DNA of 64,000 nucleotides from an uncultured delta proteobacterium (GTDB taxonomy: Bacteria > Desulfobacterota > Syntrophia > Syntrophales > UBA2185), in NCBI GenBank assembly GCA_963695875.1, contig CAVOID010000014.1, positions 64,001 to 128,000 on the forward strand. The letters run 5' to 3'. The notes under the pieces were generated by a model. It had not been told where the DNA came from. It did no database searches and worked only from the letters and a program-made list of their open reading frames with translations. The position numbers and the translations under genes are program-made. Positions 1-11,008 of the stretch are shown in pieces (the stretch's first letter is position 1; every line of letters begins with the position of its first letter).

Positions 1-1745
1 TCCATATCTTGTTGACGAAATGTTTATTACCCTCAATCCGTTCCTCAGACATCCTTATATCCCTGCCCTGTGCAGTGAAGGCTGCCAGAGTAAACCTGAA
101 GGCGTCGGCGCCGAACTTATCGATCATCTCGAGCGGATCGATTATATTCCCCTTGGATTTACTCATCTTATCTCCCATTTCATCGCGTACGAGGGCATGG
201 AGATAGACGTCCTTGAAAGGGACTTTTTTCATAACATATAGCCCCATCATCATCATTCTCGCTACCCAGAAGAAGAGGATATCAAACCCTGTAACCAGAA
301 GCGATGTGGGATAAAATGTCTTTAATGCCTTTGTTTTATCCGGCCAACCGAGGGTTGAAAAGGGCCAGAGGGCGGAACTGAACCATGTATCAAGAACATC
401 TTCTTCCTGCGTAAGCGCGTTCCCACCGCAGTCCGGACATTTATCGGGGTCTACGGTAGAGACGATTTCTTTTCCGCAGGCGCCGCAATACCATACGGGA
501 ATTCTGTGACCCCACCAAATCTGCCTTGAAATGCACCAGTCCCTGATATTATTCATCCAGTCAAAGTATGTACCTTCCCATGCGACCGGTATGATCCTCG
601 TTTTCCCTTTAACTACTGCGGCAGTTGCCTTCTTCGCCAGAGGTTTTATCTTCACAAACCACTGTCTCGAAACCATGGGCTCGATATCCGTTTTACACCG
701 ATAACACCGTCCGACATTATGGACATAAGGCTCCTTTCCTACAAGATAGCCTCCCTGTTCGAGATCCCTGAGAATATTTTCCCTGGCCTCATAGCGATCC
801 TGCCCCCGATAAATGCCGCCATTCTCATTAATCACCCCGCTGCCATCCATTATCTTGATGATTTCCAGATTATGCCGTTCAGCGATGGCAAAGTCGTTTG
901 GATCAGAGGAAGGAGTTACTTTTACCGCACCTGAACCGAACTCCATGCTTACATGATTATCGGCAATGACAGGTATCATCCTGTTGACAAGGGGGAGGAT
1001 TACTTTTTCCCCGATCTTATCTTTGTACCTTCTATCCCCGGGGTTAACGGCGACAGCCGTATCCCCCAGCATCGTCTCCGGACGTGTTGTGGCAACCACA
1101 ATATCACCGCCACCTTCGGCATAGGGATACCTGATATTCCAGAGAAAGCTTCCCTTCTCCTCAAATTCCACTTCAAGATCTGATATAGCCGTATGGCATC
1201 GGGGACACCAGTTGACAATATAGTCACCCCTGATAGATAAGTCCGTCGTTATACAGACGCACAAAGGTTTCCCTCACGGCCCTGGATAATTTTTCATCCA
1301 TGGTAAAGGCTTCTCTAGACCAGTCGCAGGAACATCCGAGCCTTTTCAACTGGTTTATAATAACCCCGCCATATTTCTCCTTCCATTCCCACACCTTTTC
1401 TATGAACTTTTCTCTGCCCAAATCATGTCTGGTGATGCCTTCTTTTGCAAGCTCCTGCTCGACTACATTCTGAGTGGCGATACCCGCATGATCCGTTCCC
1501 GGCATCCATAGGGCGTTATACCCCTGCATTCTTTTGTACCTGGTGATTACATCCTGCAGGGTGTTGTTCAGGGCATGCCCCATGTGGAGCATACCTGTAA
1601 CATTTGGAGGAGGAATAACCATCGAAAACGCAGGCTTTGGGCTTGTATCCTTAGCCCTGAAAAGACCGAGATCGAGCCAGTACCGGTACCACCTGGCCTC
1701 CGACTCCTTAGGTTCATAGGATTTGCTCAATGACACTTTCGTCAT
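1..1745 (-). CDS. valS: Valyl-tRNA synthetase, 5' part; runs off the window start; frameshifts near 1225 and ~320
   Basis: [15 protein letters not shown] (HIGH-type) and [11 protein letters not shown] motifs; after a frame change continues [24 protein letters not shown] and [15 protein letters not shown]. Confidence 0.95.
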
Positions 1746-1758
1746 TTATATTTCTCCG

Positions 1759-2932
1759 TTAGAAAATTTTTAATTCTTCTTTGAGTTTTCTGATAATTAA
1801 AAGGGCATCAACACCAGGGACAGGACTGAGAGGGGCAAATTCACCGCTTGTAAAATCTTTGGCCTCCATAATCCCTCTCGATGTCACGACCATGACAGAA
1901 TTAAAATAGGGCAAATCAGATCTCAAATCAGGAAACGGTGATGAGCTTCCTATAAATTTGGTTGCAAGTGCATTATCTCCTGTCACTTTTATCAATACAT
2001 CCTCGATCATCATAGCATACGTTGCTCGATCTACCATATCACTCGGATGGAATGAGCCATCAGGATAAGCCTCCAATCCATGAACCCCTATCCGGAGAAT
2101 TCCCTCAATATCCGCCTTGAGGGGGTGGTTAGCGATATCCGCGGCTGTTACGGGAATCGCGCTTGATTTGACCTTTGCCGCTTCAGGATCTTTAAAGGCC
2201 GTATCAAAGGTCTTAGGCGTTTTCTTTTTATAGAGGACATCAATCTTTAATTCTTCAATAAACAGGGCGGCGGCATCTCCTCTATTGATACGTTCAAGAA
2301 TCGCGATCTTCTTTCCTGTAATTGTCCCCGGCATTGCTCTCTGTATCTTCTGGGTCAGATTCCATTCAGCATCTGCATCTTTGACGTAATCACCTTTAAG
2401 ATCGATTACCTGTTTGAACATCTGCCCGGCATTAGAAAAATCCAATGCGTTCTTGTAGGCTATTCCCATAAAGTAAAAGGCGGCGGACGACTTAGGATCT
2501 ATTTTCTTTGCCTTTTCAAATTCTCCCGTTGCATCTTTGAGCCAATCCTTGCCTGCCATGCTTAATGAATAGAGACGTATTCGAGATATATGAATAAAAA
2601 GTTTCTCATCATCATTCTTCGCATAACTCCATGCCTGTTTGATAGAGTCGTTGGCGGCCTTAAAATCTCCCTGATAGGCTTTTACAAGTCCCTTTCCCGC
2701 ATAAAGCCTTCGAATATTTAGGGTCTAGTGCTATAGCTCTATCAAATGACAAATTCGCATCAGCATATTTCCCCTGATCCAGGAATTTCATACCGGTATA
2801 GAAATGATGACCGGGTGTATCCATCTCACTTACAGGTTTTACCGCTTTCGGACCGCAAGAAACTATGAGAAATCCGATAGAGATACAAACGAATAACATC
2901 AACAAACTTCGATAATTCAGCCGTTGAACCAT
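1759..2932 (-). CDS. TPR-repeat lipoprotein with C-terminal SLH-like repeats; frameshift near 2700 joins ORFs 2660-2932 and 1759-2559
   Basis: Lipobox IVSC; TPR-like FDRAIALDPKY and FEKAKKIDPKSSAAFYFMG; SLH-like YPDGSFHPSDMVDRATYA and GEFAPLSPV. Confidence 0.7.
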
Positions 2933-3117
2933 AACGTTCTCCTTTCTTTAAAAAAGCGTTAAGAGGAACAGATCAGGCTCTACTCCAGTGTAACATGCAA
3001 AATATCATGCACTTAATTATATTCATACAATATTGAAGTCAAGAAATTTCACTGTTTCCACAGTAAAGGCCCATAACTAATTCATCGTGCGTCAACTTTC
3101 ATTAGCACGAAAACAGC

Positions 3118-3214
3118 TGTCATCTTAAGCCTGTCGAAGGACGACAAGCTCGTGCTTCGACCCTTCGATAAACTAGGACAGGCTGATCCATGCTTCGACA
3201 AGCTCAGCATGACA
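3118..3214. repeat. REP-like inverted repeat pair
   Basis: tgtcatcttaagcctgtcgaagg (3118) is the near reverse complement of catgcttcgacaagctcagcatgaca (3189); a similar unit, atggttcgacaagctcaccatgaca, occurs at ~24971. Confidence 0.65.
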
Positions 3215-4185
3215 TTACATTTTCATGACTTGTGGTGCCCCATAAGGCATGGGGGCTCATTAAGAAAAGGTCAATCTGTTCCCTCATGGCACCAATATCA
3301 GACGGGCTAAACCATGCAATCTCTTTGTCCGCGTTAAACCAGGTCATTTGCCGTTTTGCAAAGTGACGCGTGTCTCGTTTTATCAACCTGATTGCATCTT
3401 CAAGATTGCTTTTCCCCTTCAAATGGCGGACGATATGTTTATATCCCAGCGCCTGCATAGGCTTAAGGTTTTCACGATAACCCATAGAGAGAAGTCCCTT
3501 GACTTCATCAATCAGTCCATCTCGCATCATTTCTTCTGTTCGTTGATCTATTCTTCCATTCAATGAAGAACGCTCCAGAGTAAGACCCATCTTCTTACAG
3601 TCATAAAGATCGTCACCAAAGCGGTGGGCCTTTTGTCTTTCCACAATTGACTCGCCGCACAGCTCCAGAACTTCCAGGGCCCGGATGATCCGTACAGCAT
3701 CATTCTTATCAATCTGGGCGGCTGCCTGCTCATCCTTTTTCCTCAATTTCTCATACAAATATGTTTTCCCGAAATGTTTGAGCTCTTCCTTGTACAACTT
3801 CCTTAAGTCTTCATCAGCATCCGGCCCTTTAAAAAGACCGCCAAGAAGAGCTTTCACGTAAAGACCGGTACCGCCAACCACGAAAATGGGCTTTCTCCGG
3901 CTATGCAATTGCCCGATGATTCCCCGTGCCAGTTCGACGAACATTGCCGCGTTGAATTGCTCATCCGGATCGACAACGTCAATAAGATGATGCGGAAGCA
4001 CAGACTGTTCTTCAGCAGTCGGCTTTGCCGTACCGATATCCATAAAGCGGTAGACCTGCATCGAATCGGCACTGATAATCTCACCACCCCATTCACTGAG
4101 CAAGCCGGATCGCCACCTCGGTCTTACCCACAGCGGTCGGGCCAACGATAACGATCAGGCGGGGTCTATTGTCATTCGCACGCAT
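3204..4185 (-). CDS. miaA: tRNA dimethylallyltransferase; frameshift near 4100
   Basis: N-terminus MRANDNRPRLIVIVGPTAVGKT in an alternate frame; ISADSMQVYRFMDIGTAKP, VGGTGLY, TRHFAKRQMTWF. Confidence 0.95.
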
Positions 4186-4189
4186 GCAT

Positions 4190-6016
4190 TTATTTTCGTT
4201 TAAACATACTTTCCAGGTCCCAAAGGCCAAATGAAATGAATACAGGCCGCCCATGGGGGCACGTGGAGGAAAATGAGGTGTTATCCAGGTCCTTACAGAG
4301 CATTGCCACCTCTGATTCCGTAAGTATCTGATTCGCCTTAACCGCCCCTTTGCAGGCTAAAAGGGCAAAAACCTTTTCTCTTCTTGCTTCTAACCCCAAG
4401 GGTTTTTCCGTCTTCGAGAATTCTTCAATTATCTCAAAAAACAACTTCTTAGGTTCGATATGAGAAAGCAATGCCGGTAAGGATTTCACGATAACAGTTT
4501 TCTCCCCAAAATGTTCCACCTCTATACCGGAGTCTTCAAGAATTTTGATATATTCCGTCAAGACAGCAAACTCTCCGTGTGAAAGACTCACGATCTCCGG
4601 CATCAGTAGCTGCTGGCTTATGATCTTCTCACCGGGCACCGGTGATCCCTTCTTGAGCTTTTCAAACAAGACCCTTTCATGTGCTGCATGTTGATCAACA
4701 AGAGTCAAACCTGCAGATGAAGAGAAAACGAGATATGTCCCGGCGATTTGTCCGATATACTCCAGGTCGGTAAAATTAAGCACCCTCCCCGCAGGTCCCA
4801 GTTCTTCACCCCTTTCTTCCGGCAACCTTTCTAATCGTACCGCATCATTTTCCTGAACCCTATCAAGTGCTTTGCCGGTTCTCCTGGAGTCACCAATACC
4901 TTTGTCAAAGAACAGCTTCCCGCTCCCTGACGATATCGTGTATCGCTTCAAGGCTTCTCGTACCCTTTCACTGTAGCCCTCAGGCATTGTCCGCGCTCCC
5001 TCGCTTGATAAAAGAGGCGCAATATTAGCCAGGGCAGCAGCAAGGGCTTCAACGACAATATCATAGATTTCCCTCGGATTTCTGAAGCGAACCTCCATCT
5101 TGGCAGGGTGGACATTGACATCGACATCTTCAGGAGGAAGATCAACAAACATCACTACAGCGGGATACCTTTTTGCCTCAATTAAACGCCTATAAGCCGT
5201 CATCACAGCATGGTTCAGAAGATAATCCCTGACAAATCTTCTATTCACATAAAAATACATTTGTTTCGCATTGGATCGGCTGTACTCAGGTTTAGAGGCA
5301 AATCCCGCTAGCATTACGCTCTCCCTGGTACCTTTAACCGGTATCATATGGTCCCCATAATCTGTCCCTAAGACAAGAGAAATCCTTTCAGAAATATCCC
5401 CGGTGGCCGGTATGTTCAATAGCTCCTTTCTATGAGCCGCAACTTTTATTCTGACTTCCGGACGGGAAAGAGCCATCCTCGTAATCACATCCATACAATA
5501 TCCATGCTCGGTCATCTCTGTCTTGAGGAACTTTTTACGTACGGGGACCGGATCGAAGATATGACTCACCAGGACAGAGGTACCGACCGGGCACCCCGTG
5601 TCGGTTATGGCCTTGACCTGTCCTGCCTCAACAATCACCCTTGTACCCGATATAGAAGACTGCCTTCTCGTGACCATCTCGACACGGGAAATCGCGGCAA
5701 TGCTCGGCAGGGCCTCTCCCCGAAAACCGTATGACCTTACCTTATAGATATCATCAAACTGGTATATCTTACTGGTAGCAAAGCGCTCAAAAGCACGGGG
5801 AACATCTATGTCCTCGATACCCTCACCATTGTCGACGACTTTGATTGAGCCACAGCCTCCTTTTTCCAGCTCGACCGTAATGTCCGTAGCGCCGGCATCG
5901 AAGGCATTTTCCAGGAGTTCCTTCAGAATGGATGCGGGCCTCTCGACAACCTCTCCTGCCGCAATTTTACTTGATAGACTTTCAGGTAAAACAACAATTT
6001 TCCCGGCCAAGATCAA
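4190..6016 (-). CDS. mutL: DNA mismatch repair protein MutL
   Basis: IAAGEVVERPAS, GFRGEAL, DVNVHPAK, DQHAAHER, CPHGRP. Confidence 0.97.
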   Translation of the reverse strand: MILAGKIVVLPESLSSKIAAGEVVERPASILKELLENAFDAGATDITVELEKGGCGSIKVVDNGEGIEDIDVPRAFERFATSKIYQFDDIYKVRSYGFRGEALPSIAAISRVEMVTRRQSSISGTRVIVEAGQVKAITDTGCPVGTSVLVSHIFDPVPVRKKFLKTEMTEHGYCMDVITRMALSRPEVRIKVAAHRKELLNIPATGDISERISLVLGTDYGDHMIPVKGTRESVMLAGFASKPEYSRSNAKQMYFYVNRRFVRDYLLNHAVMTAYRRLIEAKRYPAVVMFVDLPPEDVDVNVHPAKMEVRFRNPREIYDIVVEALAAALANIAPLLSSEGARTMPEGYSERVREALKRYTISSGSGKLFFDKGIGDSRRTGKALDRVQENDAVRLERLPEERGEELGPAGRVLNFTDLEYIGQIAGTYLVFSSSAGLTLVDQHAAHERVLFEKLKKGSPVPGEKIISQQLLMPEIVSLSHGEFAVLTEYIKILEDSGIEVEHFGEKTVIVKSLPALLSHIEPKKLFFEIIEEFSKTEKPLGLEARREKVFALLACKGAVKANQILTESEVAMLCKDLDNTSFSSTCPHGRPVFISFGLWDLESMFKRK

Positions 6017-6056
6017 TTACCTTCTATAAAAAATTCTTTTCCATATAGTTGCGACA

Positions 6057-6140
6057 AGGATTCAGGGATTCTATGATTTGAGGCTTGAAGTGTTTGATCG
6101 CATCTACTTGAATCCTTGAACCCTTGGCCCCTTGAATCCT
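6057..6140. repeat. Degenerate 8-bp tandem repeats arranged as an inverted pair
   Basis: gattcagg/gattctat/gatttgag, then cttgaatc/cttgaacc/cttggccc/cttgaatc. Confidence 0.6.
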
Positions 6141-6190
6141 GAAGTTGCCAGCAACTTTCTCGGAGATGAACCAAAGCTTTTTTCAATATT

Positions 6191-6227
6191 AAAAGACCGC
6201 AGTTACATTCACACAGCAACTGCGGTC
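6191..6227 (-). terminator. Probable intrinsic terminator
   Basis: Hairpin gaccgcagtt...aactgcggtc followed by a T-run on the minus strand, just downstream of the gene ending at 6254. Confidence 0.55.
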
Positions 6228-6253
6228 GATTATAGATCAGTCCGTCGATCAGG

Positions 6254-7201
6254 TCAGTCCAGGACAATCATTACACGACACTTTTTCAAAAAGGTCAGAT
6301 TATCCGAAGCGCCTCTGATCTTTTCCGCATCTGCATTACTGATCACAACGTCAGATCGGCCGGGGCCTTCAGTCTTAATTCCTTTGACGCTGAGCGGATT
6401 GTTCGTCACTCTCGGATTACTCTGAGCCGCTGTAAGATCCCTTGCATAGCCACTCATGCCCTGTTGAACAGCATATTCACGATCTACATTCACGGAGCCA
6501 TAGACTTCCTTGCCACTCTCATCAATAACCTTGGGAGACATGGCAGGTCGTGCCTGGAGACCTCGTGCATCAACAACCATACCCGTATATACAACCGGTG
6601 CCGGCGCTGGTGCTACCGGGACTGGTGCTGCTGGTGCTGGTGCTACCGCTACTGGTGCTGTCGGTGCGGGTGCTGCTGGTGCTGGTGCTGTCGGTGCGGC
6701 CGGAGGCGCTGCCTCCGGTTTTTTCTCAAGGACCATGGGTATAATGATTTTTGAAAAACCACCTGGTATGGGCATTCTTACAGTCACTTCTACAGTCCCA
6801 TCGGACAGATATTCCTGATTCACTACCTTAGCGCCTTTGACAAGGCCTTCAACCTGTACATTGATGACATCACTTTCCACTGTATAATCCTTGACCACTG
6901 TCGCGGAATCGACGCGCACGCCTTTTGTTGTTTCGAGTAAATTACGATAAGCATCAACCCTGGCCGCCCTCAAAGCCATGGGACGAGCCTGCGGCTTTCC
7001 TATATACCTGTCGGGAGGGGTACCAATCCCCGTAGCCTCAACATAGCCCTCCGACCAGTTAATCTTCCCTTTATTACCCATCTGCTCGATGATCTGAGTC
7101 CATTCCGACCCGCTGACCTTTTCCTGACAAAAACCGATCCCTGAATAGAGGAACAACATGCTTACGATGACACCCGCTGTGATGATTAGTTTCGACCTCA
7201 T
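6254..7201 (-). CDS. Exported LPP20/FlgP-like protein with a Pro/Ala-rich linker
   Basis: AAGGAGGA RBS before MRSKLII; signal peptide; ALRAARVDAYRNLLE...GVRVDS motif; low-complexity APAAPAPTAP linker at ~6595-6715. Confidence 0.6.
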   Translation of the reverse strand: MRSKLIITAGVIVSMLFLYSGIGFCQEKVSGSEWTQIIEQMGNKGKINWSEGYVEATGIGTPPDRYIGKPQARPMALRAARVDAYRNLLETTKGVRVDSATVVKDYTVESDVINVQVEGLVKGAKVVNQEYLSDGTVEVTVRMPIPGGFSKIIIPMVLEKKPEAAPPAAPTAPAPAAPAPTAPVAVAPAPAAPVPVAPAPAPVVYTGMVVDARGLQARPAMSPKVIDESGKEVYGSVNVDREYAVQQGMSGYARDLTAAQSNPRVTNNPLSVKGIKTEGPGRSDVVISNADAEKIRGASDNLTFLKKCRVMIVLD

Positions 7202-7344
7202 AATATCCTCCTTACTATTGGTTTTCAAATTAACCCATAAAGCCAGATGATCACGATTGGTTAAACTTGAATTACTCATCGTTATCTTCAAAATGTGAAC
7301 GTAAAATAGCAGAATGCCACCAAGGTTTCAATGAAGAAATAACA

Positions 7345-10101
7345 TCATTTCTTTTCGACAAATGCCTTACTTTCAGGGGCCTCTAACCACGGCTTTATAT
7401 TAATATTTTTGTCTAAGTCTCCCCAGATAAGATTTTGGTCAGGCGGGCTCTTTCCCCACCAGTTGTTTCTTGCATCAATGAAAATGGTGGAAAATGTCTG
7501 AATAGCCACTGTGTTATCGATAAAATTATTATTGTGTATGACGGGATTCGACATCCCTACACACTTGATAGCGCCCTCTCCGAGGTTGCCGGCAAAAGTA
7601 TTATAAAATACCCTGGGAGCCGCATCATTCCGACAGTAGATACCACCCTGGGCATTATGGGCAATGTTACATGATGAAATTTCCGGTGTTCCATAATAAA
7701 CGTCAAAAGCGGTGTTCGCATACTTGACGACACAGTATGCAAAAGCGCTATTTACTTTGGTGGATTTCGCAAATCGCACTGCATTGTTGTAAAAACCCGG
7801 AGAGGGTGAAGTCCCTGACGCTGTAAATACAATCGGACGTTCCCCTGTGCCCCTGGCCATTATGCCGCCGTCTTCGGATATTATGGATGTGTTCTGGTCG
7901 TACTGGATCATCACCCCCGGCTCGATGAACAGTGTCGCACCCCCGTCAACGATAACATCCTTTGTGACACGGTAAGGACTGTTAGAAAGGACAAGAAAAG
8001 CATCCGACTTGATGGGCCCACCCAGCACCTGAGAAAGTATGGGGAGTTCGAACGGCTTCCCCTCGGGATAAGGGGCATTTAATACTGATTTGATGTTGAT
8101 TCTGCCCCGTATTCCAGCGAGAATGTCAAGACCCCCGGCAGAACCCCACCAATTGTTTACTGCATTGACAGCCTCTCCGGTCATATCACCCATGATATCA
8201 AACGGCTTGTTGTCACTGATATTGTTCTCCGTGATCAAAGCCTGACTTTTCTTTACTGTAATTCCCGACCCTCGGTTTTGTGTTATCCTGTTATGTGTAA
8301 TTATGGGAGCAGCCGACAAAATTAGAATGCCTTCTTTCACATTATCCTGGATATTATTTTCCGTAACTTTCGGCTGGGCCCCATCCGCAATCGAAACCGC
8401 GGCTTCTCTGCTTTTATGGATTGTATTCTTCATTACCTGTGGTTTTGAAAATGCACCCGAAATCATCAACGCCGTATCGTTTTCCACGAGTTCGCAGGCC
8501 TCAATGCGCGGTGAAGATGCCCGGCAAAGAATTCCTGTTGAGGCGTTGCTGATGCGGCAGAATTTGATCAGATTTTCCTTTTCCTTAACGTTATTAAAAA
8601 TCAATCCTCTCCATGATTGTCCGCCCTCTGCAACGTCAAGAATGATGATGTGTTCCGCGTCCCCCTGGGCATTAAAGCGGCCTTCAATTACCAGGGCGCC
8701 ACCCTTGGACCTTATCTCCGTACCTGGCTCAATAGTAAGAACGGCCTTATCTTTAACTATTACAGCACTTTCGATTATATAGGGACTCGCGCCGGCATAC
8801 CAGGTAGTATCAGACTCAATAATCCCTGAAACAGGCGTTGGCCCAGGCGCCACAGGCATACCGGTTATGGTGCCCGACCTCTCACTTTCATTCCCAGCCC
8901 AGTCTACGGCAGTGACCTGATAGTAATATTTCTGCGCATTGACTAGTTTCTCATCACGATAATCATTTACTTCCGTCTTCGCAATTTGCTGAAAACCGCT
9001 GAGTGGAGTACTGCTGCGGTAGATCCTGTATTCCGCCAAATCCGGGGCTGATGAATTTCCCCAGTCCAGAAGAACCACGGTATTCCGTCCGACCGCCTTC
9101 CCGTTTTCGACTCTTTCAGGTGGCACAGTGTCAAGAGTTACCGTTCCGATAGCATCGACCCATTGAGCAGTGTTGCCCGCATCATCCCTCAGATAACCGG
9201 TAACCACGGCGTTTGTTACATTATCTCCCGGAATGACTTTATAGATGCCCAGATATCCTCCCGGCTCAACTTCCTGCATGTCTATATTCTTTTTGAACTC
9301 ACCGATTTCAAAGTAGGCCTGCATCTTGGGCGTGCCCTGAATGACTACTTTGATTTCATCGCCTGCCCTTTTCGGCATGTTCTTCGTATCCTGTGTGAGA
9401 AGGCTGATGACAGGCGGTCGCAGGGCCTCCGCCATGGTGGGTATGGGAATGGTCTTGACCATATCCCTGAAGAGGTCATCACAGGCACGTAGTAACTGGA
9501 TGTCTCTGACATTCATCGCCGTCGCAATGACCGTGGCAATAATACCGACGGGAGTTGTAGAAATACCGCCCTCATGGATGCGGGCCACATGCTTGCCGCT
9601 CCAGAGGAAATTTCCCGTCTTGGTATCATACATCTTGATCTTTGCCCCTACAGAAACTGAGGAATAAACGATGGCAAATAACTTGTCAAAATCTGAAATA
9701 TTACCGTAGATCACGGCATCCACACCGAGGATCTTACCCAATTCCTCGGGAGAGGTCTTGTTGATAGTTTCAGTATCGGTCAATCCCGCTTTTCTTAATA
9801 CATTATCCACGGTATAGAGTTTCATACCTTTATAGGGCAGCGAGCTGAAGTGATTGTAAAATCCTCTTCGAACCTCATCAGAGCCGAGCTGGCTTCTCGC
9901 TTCATTCATAAAGGGAAGAACTGCAACAGTCTGTGGTTTGTGCTTTTCCAGATAAGGGCCAACCTCGTAGGTCCCTTTAAAGAAGGATCGGATTTGTGGT
10001 GCGATGGCGGTTTCTTTCGTGGCAACCAGGCAGCTCTGTGTGATAACCAGAAGAGGCAGCAGTACAATGATTAGTATGGACCCTTGCAATCCCTTTTTCA
10101 T
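7345..10101 (-). CDS. Large lipoprotein: DUF799/GNA1162-like N-domain, FN3 domain, two right-handed beta-helix regions
   Basis: Lipobox TQSC; VAVLPF...LGVDAVIYG; FN3-like YYYQVTAVD.AGNES; SPY...LTIEPG and NNWWG beta-helix motifs each twice. Confidence 0.7.
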   Translation of the reverse strand: MKKGLQGSILIIVLLPLLVITQSCLVATKETAIAPQIRSFFKGTYEVGPYLEKHKPQTVAVLPFMNEARSQLGSDEVRRGFYNHFSSLPYKGMKLYTVDNVLRKAGLTDTETINKTSPEELGKILGVDAVIYGNISDFDKLFAIVYSSVSVGAKIKMYDTKTGNFLWSGKHVARIHEGGISTTPVGIIATVIATAMNVRDIQLLRACDDLFRDMVKTIPIPTMAEALRPPVISLLTQDTKNMPKRAGDEIKVVIQGTPKMQAYFEIGEFKKNIDMQEVEPGGYLGIYKVIPGDNVTNAVVTGYLRDDAGNTAQWVDAIGTVTLDTVPPERVENGKAVGRNTVVLLDWGNSSAPDLAEYRIYRSSTPLSGFQQIAKTEVNDYRDEKLVNAQKYYYQVTAVDWAGNESERSGTITGMPVAPGPTPVSGIIESDTTWYAGASPYIIESAVIVKDKAVLTIEPGTEIRSKGGALVIEGRFNAQGDAEHIIILDVAEGGQSWRGLIFNNVKEKENLIKFCRISNASTGILCRASSPRIEACELVENDTALMISGAFSKPQVMKNTIHKSREAAVSIADGAQPKVTENNIQDNVKEGILILSAAPIITHNRITQNRGSGITVKKSQALITENNISDNKPFDIMGDMTGEAVNAVNNWWGSAGGLDILAGIRGRINIKSVLNAPYPEGKPFELPILSQVLGGPIKSDAFLVLSNSPYRVTKDVIVDGGATLFIEPGVMIQYDQNTSIISEDGGIMARGTGERPIVFTASGTSPSPGFYNNAVRFAKSTKVNSAFAYCVVKYANTAFDVYYGTPEISSCNIAHNAQGGIYCRNDAAPRVFYNTFAGNLGEGAIKCVGMSNPVIHNNNFIDNTVAIQTFSTIFIDARNNWWGKSPPDQNLIWGDLDKNINIKPWLEAPESKAFVEKK

Positions 10102-10162
10102 GAGAGGCCTCCCACTACTATTATTATAACATCTAATCGCAGAGCCGGTTAAACAATCGTTT

Positions 10163-11008
10163 TTAATATTCCATCTTTTTGATAAAATCATCAAGAGCGA
10201 TTTGCCAGTATCTCATTGTTTTCCCCGTAGATTCAATAAATTTTCTGCAGCTGAGCACACTGAGATGCGGGCGGTTCGCAGGCCTTGCCAGAACATCTGA
10301 TTTTATGGGCTTCACGGTAACATCATCTATGCAGGCAGACTTCAATATTCTCTTAGCGAACTCATACCAGCTGCACTTGCCCCTGTTTGTTACATGAAAT
10401 GTCCCGCTGTACTTGCCTTCAATCAATAGTTGAACGGCACCCGCCAGATCCCACGAAAATGTTGGGCTGCCGATTTGATCATCAACAACTTCCAATTGCT
10501 TACTTATTCTGGCTTTATCAACAATTGTTTTTACGAAGTTCTTCCCATTTTTGCCATAAAGCCATGCCGACCGGATGAGAAGAAAGTCGTTGGAAAATTG
10601 CTGTAGATACTGCTCCCCCGCAAGCTTTGACTGGCCGTAAACATTGATAGGATTGCATGTGTCGTCTTCCACGTAAGATGTTCCCTTCTTACCGTCAAAG
10701 ACATAATCAGTACTGAAGTGGACAACTTTTATGCCCCGGTCTCTGCACGCCAGAGCAATATTTTTCACTCCCTCCGCATTGACGGAAAAACACTTTTCTC
10801 TGTTCGTTTCACAGCCATCGACATCGGTGTATGCAGCCGCATTAATAACAACATCAGGCTCGGTTTCTGAGATAACACCCTCGCAAGCATCTGCCGAAGC
10901 AATATCCAAATCTTCTATGTCCTTACCTGTCACCTCGTGAAAGGCAAAAAGTCTCAGGAAAAGATCACTGCCAAGCATACCTTTGTGGCCCAATATCAAA
11001 ATCTTCAT
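10163..11008 (-). CDS. rfbD: dTDP-4-dehydrorhamnose reductase
   Basis: GHKGMLG, NAAAYTDVD, STDYVFDG, YGQSK, VDDQIGSPT. Confidence 0.95.
   Translation of the reverse strand: MKILILGHKGMLGSDLFLRLFAFHEVTGKDIEDLDIASADACEGVISETEPDVVINAAAYTDVDGCETNREKCFSVNAEGVKNIALACRDRGIKVVHFSTDYVFDGKKGTSYVEDDTCNPINVYGQSKLAGEQYLQQFSNDFLLIRSAWLYGKNGKNFVKTIVDKARISKQLEVVDDQIGSPTFSWDLAGAVQLLIEGKYSGTFHVTNRGKCSWYEFAKRILKSACIDDVTVKPIKSDVLARPANRPHLSVLSCRKFIESTGKTMRYWQIALDDFIKKMEY

Noticed and set aside
1224..1745. valS, gltX, era, rnc and others as true pseudogenes or programmed frameshifts
   Set aside because: These are essential genes with otherwise intact motifs, and the indels are scattered window-wide; sequencing error is far more likely
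6595..6715. gctggt/gcaccagca tandem repeats as a CRISPR or DNA repeat element
   Set aside because: They encode the Pro/Ala linker of the protein at 6254-7201; there is no repeat-spacer structure
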